From: Octopus sinensis
Lineage: Eukaryota
NCBI RefSeq assembly: GCF_006345805.1
Contig: NW_021825137.1
Location: 1 to 16,513 of the forward strand
Length of the DNA: 16,513 nucleotides
Reading direction: 5' to 3'
Position 1 is the first letter of the stretch. Every line of letters starts with the position of its first letter. Of the stretch, positions 1 through 8,429 are shown piece after piece. The notes under the pieces were generated by a model, which saw only the letters and a program-made list of their open reading frames with translations, ran no database searches and was not told where the DNA came from. The position numbers and the translations under genes are program-made.

Positions 1-199
1 TAAAAACCACTTATCATTAGATGTCATTCATGTCACTCGTACTCCTTCCTCCCATATATTAAAATACGAGCCAAATGGCAAGTGTGTGATATAATAGTTT
101 AGCTTGCCCCTTTGCTGTCTTCAGTTTTGAACCCGAGAACCCGAGAATATACCATTCAAGAAATGTATAAGTAAGTCACCTTTCCCTTTTATTGTGCTT

Positions 200-364
200 G
201 TGTTGTGCGATCGAGCAAAAATCTAATCAGTTCGTGAAAGACATGAGGTCAAACAACCCTGAAAGTTTCATCCGAATCCATTAAGCGCTTCTTGAAATAT
301 CTTGTCCACGGACAAACAAACAAACATGACTGAAAACAACACCTTCGCTTTCGCTAAGGCGGAG

Positions 365-368
<4 letters not shown>
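200..368 (-). mobile_element. Helentron-associated non-autonomous element (HINE/DINE-1-like) end
   Basis: Minus strand ttatctccgccttagcgaaagcgaaggt (short subterminal inverted repeat), (gttt)n-gtcc microsatellite, then ggattcggatgaaacttt...aactgattagatttt, which is typical HINE architecture. The left boundary is uncertain. Confidence 0.55.

Positions 369-422
<54 letters not shown>
365..422 (+). repeat. (AAT)n microsatellite
   Basis: Perfect trinucleotide run. Confidence 0.97.
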
Positions 423-423
<1 letters not shown>

Positions 424-820
424 GGTTTCAAATTTTGCTGTAGGGGAAGCTGTTTTGGGGGAGGAGAAGAGTAGATTACATGGACCCCAGTGCTCAATTG
501 GTACTTATTTCATTGACCCCGAAAGGATGAAAGACAAAATCGACCTCGGCGGAATTTGAACTCAGAACGTAGCCGCATACGAAATACCTATTTCTTTACT
601 ACCCACAAGTGGCTAAACACAGAGGGGACAAACAAGGACAGACAAACGGATTAAGTCGATTATATCGACCCCAGTGTGTAACTGGTACTTATTTAATCGA
701 CCCCGAAAGGATTAAAGGCAAAGTTGACCTCGGCGGAATTTGAACTGAGAACGTAACGGTAGACGAAATACCCCTAAGCACTTCGCCCGGCGTGCTAACG
801 ACTCTGCCAACTTGCCGCCT
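423..820 (-). mobile_element. Dimeric tRNA-derived SINE (Meta/MESC-like central domain)
   Basis: Minus strand: head aggcggcaagttggcagagtcgttagc (A box), gttcaaatt (B box), core gccgaggtcaactttgcctttaatcctttcggggtcgat..aagtaccag and tail A (589-650). A second, A-box-less monomer (423-588) follows with tail B, ending in (ATT)n. Confidence 0.88.
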
Positions 821-821
821 C

Positions 822-841
822 AATAATACTAATAATGATAC

Positions 842-895
<54 letters not shown>

Positions 896-900
896 TAACA
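822..900 (+). repeat. (AAT)n microsatellite
   Basis: Near-perfect run. Confidence 0.96.
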
Positions 901-1571
901 AAACAGTTATTAGGGTTCCTTTTATTGACATAAGGGTGACGAATGCGGTGACATTGCATATGATAATAATAAATAACAACAACAACAACAATAACAGATT
1001 CTATCATTATGTTTATTCGTTTTCTCACACCACAAAATGTCTGACTGTTTCTCTCTCATTATCTCTCTCTACCTCTCCTTCTTTCTCTCTCTCTCTCTCT
1101 CCCTCTTTCTCTCTCTCTCCTTCCCGCGCTCTCCACTATCCCGTTGGATTTCTTTTTGTTTTTGTTTTTGCTTTTGTTTTTGAAGTTTCCTTCTTTATGC
1201 ATTCATATATTTTGACATCTTGAAAGATGCTTAATACAAGATTTGATTAAAAGGTAACTTAATATTGAAAACGGTGTGTTATAGGGATCATATTGAAAGA
1301 CGACTCTGTCTCTCTACCTCTCCCTTTCTGCCTCTTCCCCCATCTTCTTGCCTCCCCCTCCCCCATCCGCCTCCATCCCTTGCCCCACACTTGTCTGCTT
1401 TCTCCTCAGTTCACAGCATCACACAAAAGTCTTGTAAGTGTCCTTATCTGATTCCTAATCTTTGCTAAAAGATCTTACTGACAAAACAGATTCGTTAAGA
1501 AACTGTGACGGCCGAAAGCACTTTATATAGAAAAGCGATTCAGCATAAAGAATGTTCCAGATGGTGAGGAA

Positions 1572-1652
1572 AAACAACAACGACAACGACAACAACAACA
1601 ACAACAACAACGACGACGATGACAACAACGATAATAACAATGATAATAATAA
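1572..1652 (+). repeat. (AAC/GAC/AAT)n compound microsatellite
   Basis: Direct reading. Confidence 0.92.
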
Positions 1653-1733
1653 GATGGTGGTAATGTTTTTAATGTTTCACACACCAAAAAATGCAAGATT
1701 AAATGACAAGGTGAGGTTGTGGTCTCCAACTGT

Positions 1734-1814
1734 GTATGTATGTATGTATGTATGTATGTATGTATGTATGTATGTATGTATGTATGCATGAATATATATA
1801 CACATATACTGTAA

Positions 1815-1864
<50 letters not shown>

Positions 1865-1878
1865 GTGTGTATGTGTGC

Positions 1879-1912
<34 letters not shown>
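1734..1912 (+). repeat. (TATG)n-(TA)n-(TG)n-(TA)n compound microsatellite
   Basis: Direct reading. Confidence 0.95.
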
Positions 1913-1915
<3 letters not shown>

Positions 1916-2365
1916 CACATAGGTATATGTATATACATACACAAATATGTGCTTGTGTGTGTGTGTGGTGTGCGTGTTTCAAAGTAGCCATTTGAAGCTA
2001 GTTTCATAAATGGTGTACACGAAACATTCGGCCCTTGAGTCACTTTGTAAGTTCTGCCATTGAAACACACACACAGACATGCACGCACGTGCGCCGCACA
2101 TATACACACAAACACACAAACGCACGTGCGTATGTATGTATATTCACAGGCATACACATACACACACATATCTATCTATATATCGATCTTTTCTTATACA
2201 CGTGACGAGAGGAGTGTACATACAATTTACATAGACAGAGAGGTACAATGAACAAGCATACGAAGGGGAAAGTGAGAGATCGGGACAGAAAGATAGACAG
2301 AACGATAAATTCAAACATATATTTTGACATTCATATGTGTATATATGTTGATATATATATCTATC

Positions 2366-2437
2366 TAAAGGCCGTCGTCGACTTACGACCACAATTAGTT
2401 CCGACTGATTGGTTATAAGGCGATTCGGTCGTAAGTC
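2366..2437 (+). mobile_element. Tigger/pogo-like (Tc1-mariner) terminal remnant
   Basis: ta|aaggccgtcgtcgacttacgacc resembles TA|CAGG.AGTCCTCGACTTACGAC TIRs. Perfect 11-bp inverted pair gacttacgacc (2380-2390) / ggtcgtaagtc (2427-2437). No right TIR seen. Confidence 0.55.
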
Positions 2438-2736
2438 AGCCTATAGGCCAACATAGCTTTGCTTTATGTTCTTACATTGTTAAGGTTCATTCTCAAGTAA
2501 GAGTCACGCACAGCATTCTGTATTTATACTATTATTCTGGCGTTAGTCAAAAAATTCGGAGTGTCAAGCAGTCGTATAATAAATAAATACGAGGTTGCCT
2601 CAATGTCTTCGTGACAGAATAGTCATCCAACATTCTGGATAACCACTGTGGCGATCGATAACAAAACCTAAGGGAAGCGTTTGTTAGCTGACATCATCCG
2701 TAAACGGGTTAATTTCTAAGAAATTAAACTACGATC

Positions 2737-2737
<1 letters not shown>

Positions 2738-2797
<60 letters not shown>

Positions 2798-2802
2798 TGA
2801 TG

Positions 2803-2873
<71 letters not shown>
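2738..2873 (+). repeat. (AAT)n with short (GAT)n interruption
   Basis: Direct reading. Confidence 0.97.
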
Positions 2874-3137
2874 TCTTTATTGGCCACCAGGGCCGAACAA
2901 AAAACACTGAGGACGATACACAGACGAGGGACAGTAAGGTTAAAAGTGTAGACAGCTAACAAACACAACGGTTAAGGGATTAAATCAATAATATGCTTCC
3001 CCAATACGGGAGAGTTCCACTGTAGGGTGACCAAAGAGACTTCACGCACTTTGGATCCCTTAACACCAAAGGCTCTTCAGGAAGGCACCCTCTCTTCTCC
3101 CTTCCATCAGGCCTACGGGCGAACACTTAGAGTAGGC
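2874..3137 (-). mobile_element. Probable 3' UTR fragment of another LINE (L1/Tx1-like style) with AATAAA and (ATT)n tail
   Basis: Minus strand has a pyrimidine/GT-rich stretch ending ggccctggtggccAATAAAgaa(tta)n. It lies between two AAT tracts. No coding part, so the clade is uncertain. Confidence 0.55.
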
Positions 3138-3211
3138 TAATAATAATTATAATAATAATAATAATAACAACAATAACAACAACAACAATAGCAATAACAA
3201 TAATAATAATG

Positions 3212-3244
<33 letters not shown>

Positions 3245-3245
3245 T

Positions 3246-3277
<32 letters not shown>

Positions 3278-3281
3278 ATAC

Positions 3282-3320
<39 letters not shown>

Positions 3321-3390
3321 AATAATAATGATGATGATAATAATAATAATAATGATGATGATGATGATGATGACGATGATGATGATGATG

Positions 3391-3454
<64 letters not shown>

Positions 3455-3543
3455 TAATAATGATGATGATGATAATAATAATAATGATGATGATGATGAT
3501 GACGATGATGATGATGATAATAATAATAATAATAAATAATAAT
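3138..3543 (+). repeat. ~400-bp compound (AAT/AAC/AGT/GAT)n microsatellite
   Basis: Direct reading. The gatgacgatgat block occurs twice (~3370 and ~3500), suggesting a higher-order duplication. Confidence 0.96.
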
Positions 3544-3544
3544 G

Positions 3545-3669
3545 TATTCTGAATGATAAATGCCAAGAAAAACCTCTCAATGGCAAATACCCAAAGAGAG
3601 TGAATAATGCAGATGTTGACAAAGCCCTGACCCATCAATGGCTAATGGCCTCTGGCTTAAAATCTGAAA
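3545..3669 (+). mobile_element. Internal fragment of Dong family A
   Basis: Aligns by eye to 14339-14460 (QEKPLNGKYPKRVNNADVDKALTHQWLMASGLKSE). Bounded by TAA/TGA repeats on both sides. Confidence 0.9.
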
Positions 3670-3694
3670 TAATAATAATAATGATAATGATAAT

Positions 3695-4058
3695 AAAGAC
3701 TTGCTAATAGATATTGAAAAAATGTGGCATCTCAAGGAGACTACAGTACCAGTGATTGTAGGATCTCTAGAAATGATTAAAAAAAAAGGTACTGAAACCT
3801 ATTTGAAAATGATACCAGGCTTACCATCCCTACAGGAAGTACAAAAAATCGTGTTAACTGGAATGACTCATGTACTGAGAAGAGCATTATCGCTGTGAAA
3901 ACAACATCCGTTCATGAATTTATTTATTTTTTTAAATACATATTTTACCTGTGAATTTGCGTGTGTAATCTGGGAATGCATACAATGAGCTTCTCTGCCC
4001 AAGGTGTATGGAAGACACTCGTCGAGAAATGGAAGAAAATTTGAAGAAAGAAGGAAAA
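3695..4058 (+). mobile_element. 3' fragment of a second R4/Dong family (family B)
   Basis: KDLLIDIEKMWHLKETTVPVIVGSLEMIKK.GTETYLKMIPGLPSLQEVQKIVLTGMTHVLRRALSL* (ORF 3701-3898) is homologous to the family A C-terminus but has a different 3' UTR. Ends in (TAA)n. Confidence 0.88.
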
Positions 4059-4084
4059 TAATAATAATAATAATAATAATGATA

Positions 4085-4128
<44 letters not shown>

Positions 4129-4144
4129 TAATAATAATAATAAT

Positions 4145-4184
4145 CCCCAGTGTCACTTTGATAGCATGCGCTGCTCTCTTACTC
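4145..4184 (+). mobile_element. Extreme 3' tip (40 bp) of family C element
   Basis: ccccagtgtcactttgatagcatgcgctgctctcttactc vs ccccagtgtcactttgatggcatgaactgctctctcactc at 15622-15661. Confidence 0.8.
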
Positions 4185-4193
4185 AAGAATAAT

Positions 4194-4324
4194 GATTTAA
4201 AATTTTGGCACAAGGCCAGCAGTTTTGCGGGTGGAAGTAAGTCGATTATATCTACCCCACTACTCAAATGGCACTTATTTCAAGGACTCCTAAACGAATA
4301 AAGGCAAAGTCAACCTCGGCGGAA
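4194..4324 (-). mobile_element. 5'-truncated, diverged copy of the same SINE family (tail B)
   Basis: aaattttggcacaagg...aaaggcaaagtcaacctcggcggaa matches 4615-4745. Confidence 0.82.
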
Positions 4325-4344
4325 ATAATAATGATGATAACGAT

Positions 4345-4546
4345 GATTTTAAATTTTGGTAGGCGGACAGCAATTTGGGGGAGATGGGTAAGTGTATTAC
4401 ATCAATTGGCATTTATTTTATCGATCTCCGAACGTATGAAAAGGTAAAGTCGACCTCGGTGGAATTTGGACTCAGAACATTAAGACAGACGAAATGCCGC
4501 TAAGCATTTGGCCGGCATGCTAACGATTCTACCAGCTCGCCGCCTT
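4345..4546 (-). mobile_element. Full-length monomeric SINE (Meta-like, tail B)
   Basis: Head ...ccagctcgccgcctt, core aaagtcgacctcggtggaattt, tail aaattttgg. Confidence 0.87.
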
Positions 4547-4614
4547 AATGATGATGATGATGATGAGGAGGAGGAGGAGGAGAGGAGGAGGAAGAAGAGG
4601 AGGATAACAATAAT

Positions 4615-4827
4615 GGTTTCAAATTTTGCCACAAGGTTAAACATTTAGACATTTGGGTAAGTGTATTACATCGACCCCAGTACTCAACTGGTACTTAATT
4701 TATCGACCTCGAAAGGATGAAAGGCAAAGTCGACCTCGGCACAATTTGAACTCAGAACGTAACGACGGGCAAACTACTGCTAAGCATTTAGCCCGGCGTG
4801 CTAACGATTCTGCCAGCTCGCCGCCTT
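4615..4827 (-). mobile_element. Full-length monomeric SINE (Meta-like, tail B)
   Basis: ggtttcaaattttgccacaagg...gaaaggatgaaaggcaaagtcgacctcggc...gccagctcgccgcctt. Confidence 0.88.
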
Positions 4828-4843
4828 AATAATAATAATAATG

Positions 4844-4890
<47 letters not shown>

Positions 4891-4968
4891 TAATAATAAT
4901 AATGATGATGATGATGATGATAATAATGATAATAATAACAACAACAACAACAGTAATAATAATAATAA
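4828..4968 (+). repeat. (AAT/GAT/AAC)n microsatellite
   Basis: Direct reading. Confidence 0.95.
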
Positions 4969-5245
4969 TTTCTGCCAATTTTATCATGTCAGCAATATCT
5001 TGTAAACACCTCCTCCCTCCACCCGCACCTTTGCCCACCCACTCCCCTCCTTTTCCAACTTTATTTCAAATGACAAAGAATCGTCTGTCTTACCTATCTC
5101 GCTGTCTATCGCTTCGTATAGTTATGTTCTTTTCATACCCTCGCCCCACTCTCTCTCTCTCTTTCCCTGTACCTCTTTCTCAACAATCTATGTCTGTCAT
5201 TTTGTATATTTATTTACTTTCACACGCACTCTCTGTCTCTGTCCG

Positions 5246-5251
<6 letters not shown>

Positions 5252-5296
<45 letters not shown>

Positions 5297-5368
5297 GATA
5301 CACACTCACTCGCACATTGTCCCTTCGTTTCCTTTTTCATTCCCCCTCTCTCTCCCCCTCTCACTCTG

Positions 5369-5441
<73 letters not shown>

Positions 5442-5475
5442 CACTGCCTCTCACTCTCTCTCTCTCTCTCACACA
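5252..5475 (+). repeat. (CT)n-(CA)n and (TATC)n microsatellites
   Basis: (TATC)n 5369-5440; (CT)n(CA)n 5252-5296. Confidence 0.95.
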
Positions 5476-5743
5476 CCAATGCACGACTCAACAACATACA
5501 CACATGCGCAATACCATGTGTGTGTGTCTGCGTTTGTATGTATGTATGTATGTATGTTTGTATGTGTGCATCTTCTCATCTGTCGCCTTAGATTTGTCAA
5601 CCTATCTAACTCTACATCTATAAATCCTTCTTTATTTTTCTCTTTATCCCCGGCTATTTCCCATCATTCTCCATCTCTCTATCATTATTTTCTGTTTGTC
5701 ACTGATGTGAACAAAGTATCTTTTTCATACTCCTAACTCTCTC

Positions 5744-6120
5744 GGATCTTTTCGGTTTGAACGGCAGTTTTTAACATAATTTCTAGGTAACTAAAATTTT
5801 AAACTTCGTATACTGGTAGAATGTATTTTATAAAACATCTTTTTCTCTTGGTTTTATTGAGAAAATTCTATAGTTTGTAAGATATTTGTTGCTTTTTTTC
5901 TTCAATTTCTGCAATTTCACCCAATCAATGATGTCTATTGAGGTAAAAAGCATTCTGTGCCGTATGAATATGTCCCTCATTTAAGAAACAGATTGGGTTT
6001 ATTTACATTTCCGAAGAAAAAAATATGCCCTTCCCCCACCCCTAACCCTAACCCGAAAACAGATTGAAATGCAATAGATTGATTCTAGGGTCATAAATTA
6101 TGGGTGACAATTTCATATGA
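5744..6120. mobile_element. MITE-like DNA element fragment with one terminus
   Basis: Begins ggatcttttcggtttgaacggcagttttt, recalled as the TIR of a common octopus repeat. Contains internal ccctaaccctaaccc. The matching right TIR is absent, with the Helitron-like sequence starting there. Confidence 0.4.
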
Positions 6121-7283
6121 GAATGTGGGTCTGTCTGTCTGTCTGTCTGTCTGTGTGTTTCCCTAAAACTTGAGAACTACACAACCAATTTCATTCAAAT
6201 TTTACACATGCCTTACTTAGGGTCCATGTAGTTTCATGGGCAAAACAAATGTTCGACTTCTTGCCTAGAGCGAGCCCACAGCAATATCATATCTTCTCCA
6301 CTACGATTCCCTAAAACTTGAGAACTACACAAACAATTTCATTCAAATTTTACACATGCCTTACTTAGGGTCCATGTAGTTTTATGGGCAAAAAAAATGT
6401 TCAACTTCTTGCCTAGAGCGATCCCATAGCAATATCATATCTTCTCCACTATTACGTGTTAAAAGTGAAACAAAAACATTTCTCTATTTTATGTCAGATG
6501 CTTTCACTTTAACAATAAAAATAATAATAACAATTGAATTATATGTAGTAAGTAATAATTAAAATCAAACTAAAGTATAATATAATCGTGACATAACAAA
6601 AGTAAAAATAGCAATTGGTATAAAATTGCATCAATCATTTGAACTTGAATAAGTGGTTTCACATGAATGGGAATAAATTAAAAATAAAATTAGCGTGCAG
6701 AAATTGAATAGTCCAGATGGATAATAAAAAATCATCAAATTAAAGAAAAGACTATTGTCTATAAAGTATACAATCTGGAGAAAAAAGATTTGAACACCTG
6801 GAGGAAAGCACCTTCGAAAAGTGTCTTCGTGCGACTATGAAAGATATCTAACCAGAGACGGTAAATTCGCCACAATAGAAGCAAGGTTCGAGTCAACGGA
6901 GTTGCAAGCGAGTACTCGACTCGAACTTGCAAAGTGGAAATAATTTATATTTACCTTTATATCTGGGACGTAGGACGTCCCGGATAAAAGTTTAAAATGC
7001 CCCCCCCCCCGAAGTAGAGGTAGGCTGGATTGTAGCCACACTTCTATACAAGAGGGAGGACAAGATACAATTGATCGAAATTACAAGAGACGGGCTAACA
7101 ATTCCAGTCTGTTATATATTTTGAGTATTGTTATCACTAGCGATATCAAGATATAACTTTGTATTTTGTATTTTATGTGTAGATGTATATATATATAGAT
7201 GTACATGTAATATGTACACATATATATACACATATATACATGCACTAGCACTATGACCCGGCAACGACGGGTCATAATGCTAG
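6118..7283 (+). mobile_element. Putative non-autonomous Helitron
   Basis: 5' part has (gtct)n then gaactacacaaccaatttcattcaaatttt (Lep1-like Helitron 5' architecture). The 3' end is a GC hairpin cccggcaacgacggg followed by CTAG|T at 7280-7284. That both ends belong to one element is inferred. Confidence 0.6.
6159..6452 (+). repeat. Tandem duplication, 148-bp period, 2 copies
   Basis: ttccctaaaacttgagaactac...tcttctccacta at 6159-6303 and 6307-6451, near identical. Confidence 0.95.
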
Positions 7284-7311
<28 letters not shown>

Positions 7312-7315
<4 letters not shown>

Positions 7316-7700
7316 AGCTTAGAGAAGAAGAAACGAAACGAAACCAAACGAATCGAATCGAATCGACGCGAAGGCGCTCAGTCATACAATAGTGTAATAA
7401 ATAAAATATATGCATACATACAAACATATATGTACGTACCTACGTCTACATGTATATAAACATGCATATATAAATATATATACGTGTGTACAGGACACCA
7501 CAAATAGACGTAGAACTCAACGAGAAACGAAAACGTAAAAACAGCATTGAACGGACCATTTCTTTAACAACGAAAAGACAGAGTACAAGACAACTACACA
7601 AGGAAAAATCCCCTTCATCAGCCGTCCCTAGTTCAACTCCAGCGTGTTTCGAAGGCGAGGACAGAACACGTCTCGTCGAACTAATCCTTCCTGCGAAAGA
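7312..7700 (-). mobile_element. Unclassified interspersed repeat flanked by (TA)n, possibly Penelope-terminal-derived
   Basis: Sharp (TA)n boundaries on both sides. Minus strand carries cGAAAc and CTGATGAag boxes. Class and strand uncertain. Confidence 0.4.
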
Positions 7701-7739
<39 letters not shown>

Positions 7740-7752
7740 ATATAATATATAA

Positions 7753-7970
7753 AGGCGGCGAGCTGGCCGAAACGTTAGCACGCTGGGCGAAATGCGTAGC
7801 CGTATTTCGACTGTCGTTACGTTCCGATTTCAAATTCCGCCGAGGTCGACTTTGCCTTCATCCTTCGGGGTCGATAAAGTAAGTACCAGTTACGCACTCG
7901 GGTCGATGTAATCGATAATCTGTTTGTCTGTCCTTGTTTGTCCCCTCTGTGTTCAGTCCCTTGTGGGTAA
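7753..7970 (+). mobile_element. Monomeric SINE (Meta-like, tail A) within (TA)n
   Basis: aggcggcgagctggccgaaacgttagc...ttcaaattccgccgaggtcgactttgccttcatccttcggggtcgataaagtaagtaccag, reverse-complement homologue of 589-820. Confidence 0.9.
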
Positions 7971-7983
7971 TATATATATTATA

Positions 7984-8037
<54 letters not shown>

Positions 8038-8060
8038 CCCACATACATATATACATATAT

Positions 8061-8207
8061 ACGACGAGATTCTTTCAGTTTCCGTCTACCAAATCCATTC
8101 ACAAGGCTTTGGTCGGTCCGAGGCTATAGTAGAAGACACTTGCCCACTGAACCTAGAACCATGTGGCTGGTAAGCAAGCTACTTACCACACAGCCATTCC
8201 TGCGCCT
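8061..8207 (-). mobile_element. tRNA-derived CORE-like SINE (octopus OR-type) 5' half, with ~18-bp internal deletion
   Basis: Minus strand aggcgcaggaatggctgtgtggtaag...ggttcagt|gggcaagtgtcttctactatagcctcgg...ggaaactgaaagaa is homologous to 13187-13350 but lacks cccacttcatgacacctt. Confidence 0.85.
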
Positions 8208-8429
8208 ATAGCCGTTAATTTTCTAACGATAAATCATGTTGTTGTCATTATTATTGCTGTTGTTGTTTTCATCTTTGTTGTTGCTGTTGCTGCAACTGCT
8301 GCTGTTGTTCTTGTTTTTTGTTGTGACAATAAGACATGTTGTTCTTGTAAAGTTGTTGTTGTTGTGCTCGCGTCCAAATTGCGGAGGTGTTGAAGTCACC
8401 GTTCCGTTTATTTGGCGACGTCGTTGCTA

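Noticed and set aside
1395-1440. Possible micro-exon (ttctcctcag ... tctt|gtaagt) after a pyrimidine tract; other donor-like sites near 1563 and 1711
   Set aside because: Such short splice-like motifs are common by chance. No coherent reading frame or homology; would need RNA-seq.
2709-2727. ttaatttct-a-agaaattaa palindrome
   Set aside because: Short, AT-rich and expected by chance.
3147-3638. Poly-Ile/Leu/Met ORFs here and at 302, 689, 792, 2716, 4826 and 13509
   Set aside because: Translations of (AAT)n and (GAT)n microsatellites.
4902-5736. 229-aa and 139-aa ORFs
   Set aside because: Composed of AAT, CT, CA, TATC and TATG repeats; not coding.
6040-6054. ccctaaccctaaccc telomere-like repeat
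   Set aside because: Only about two units, internal to a dispersed repeat; not a telomere.
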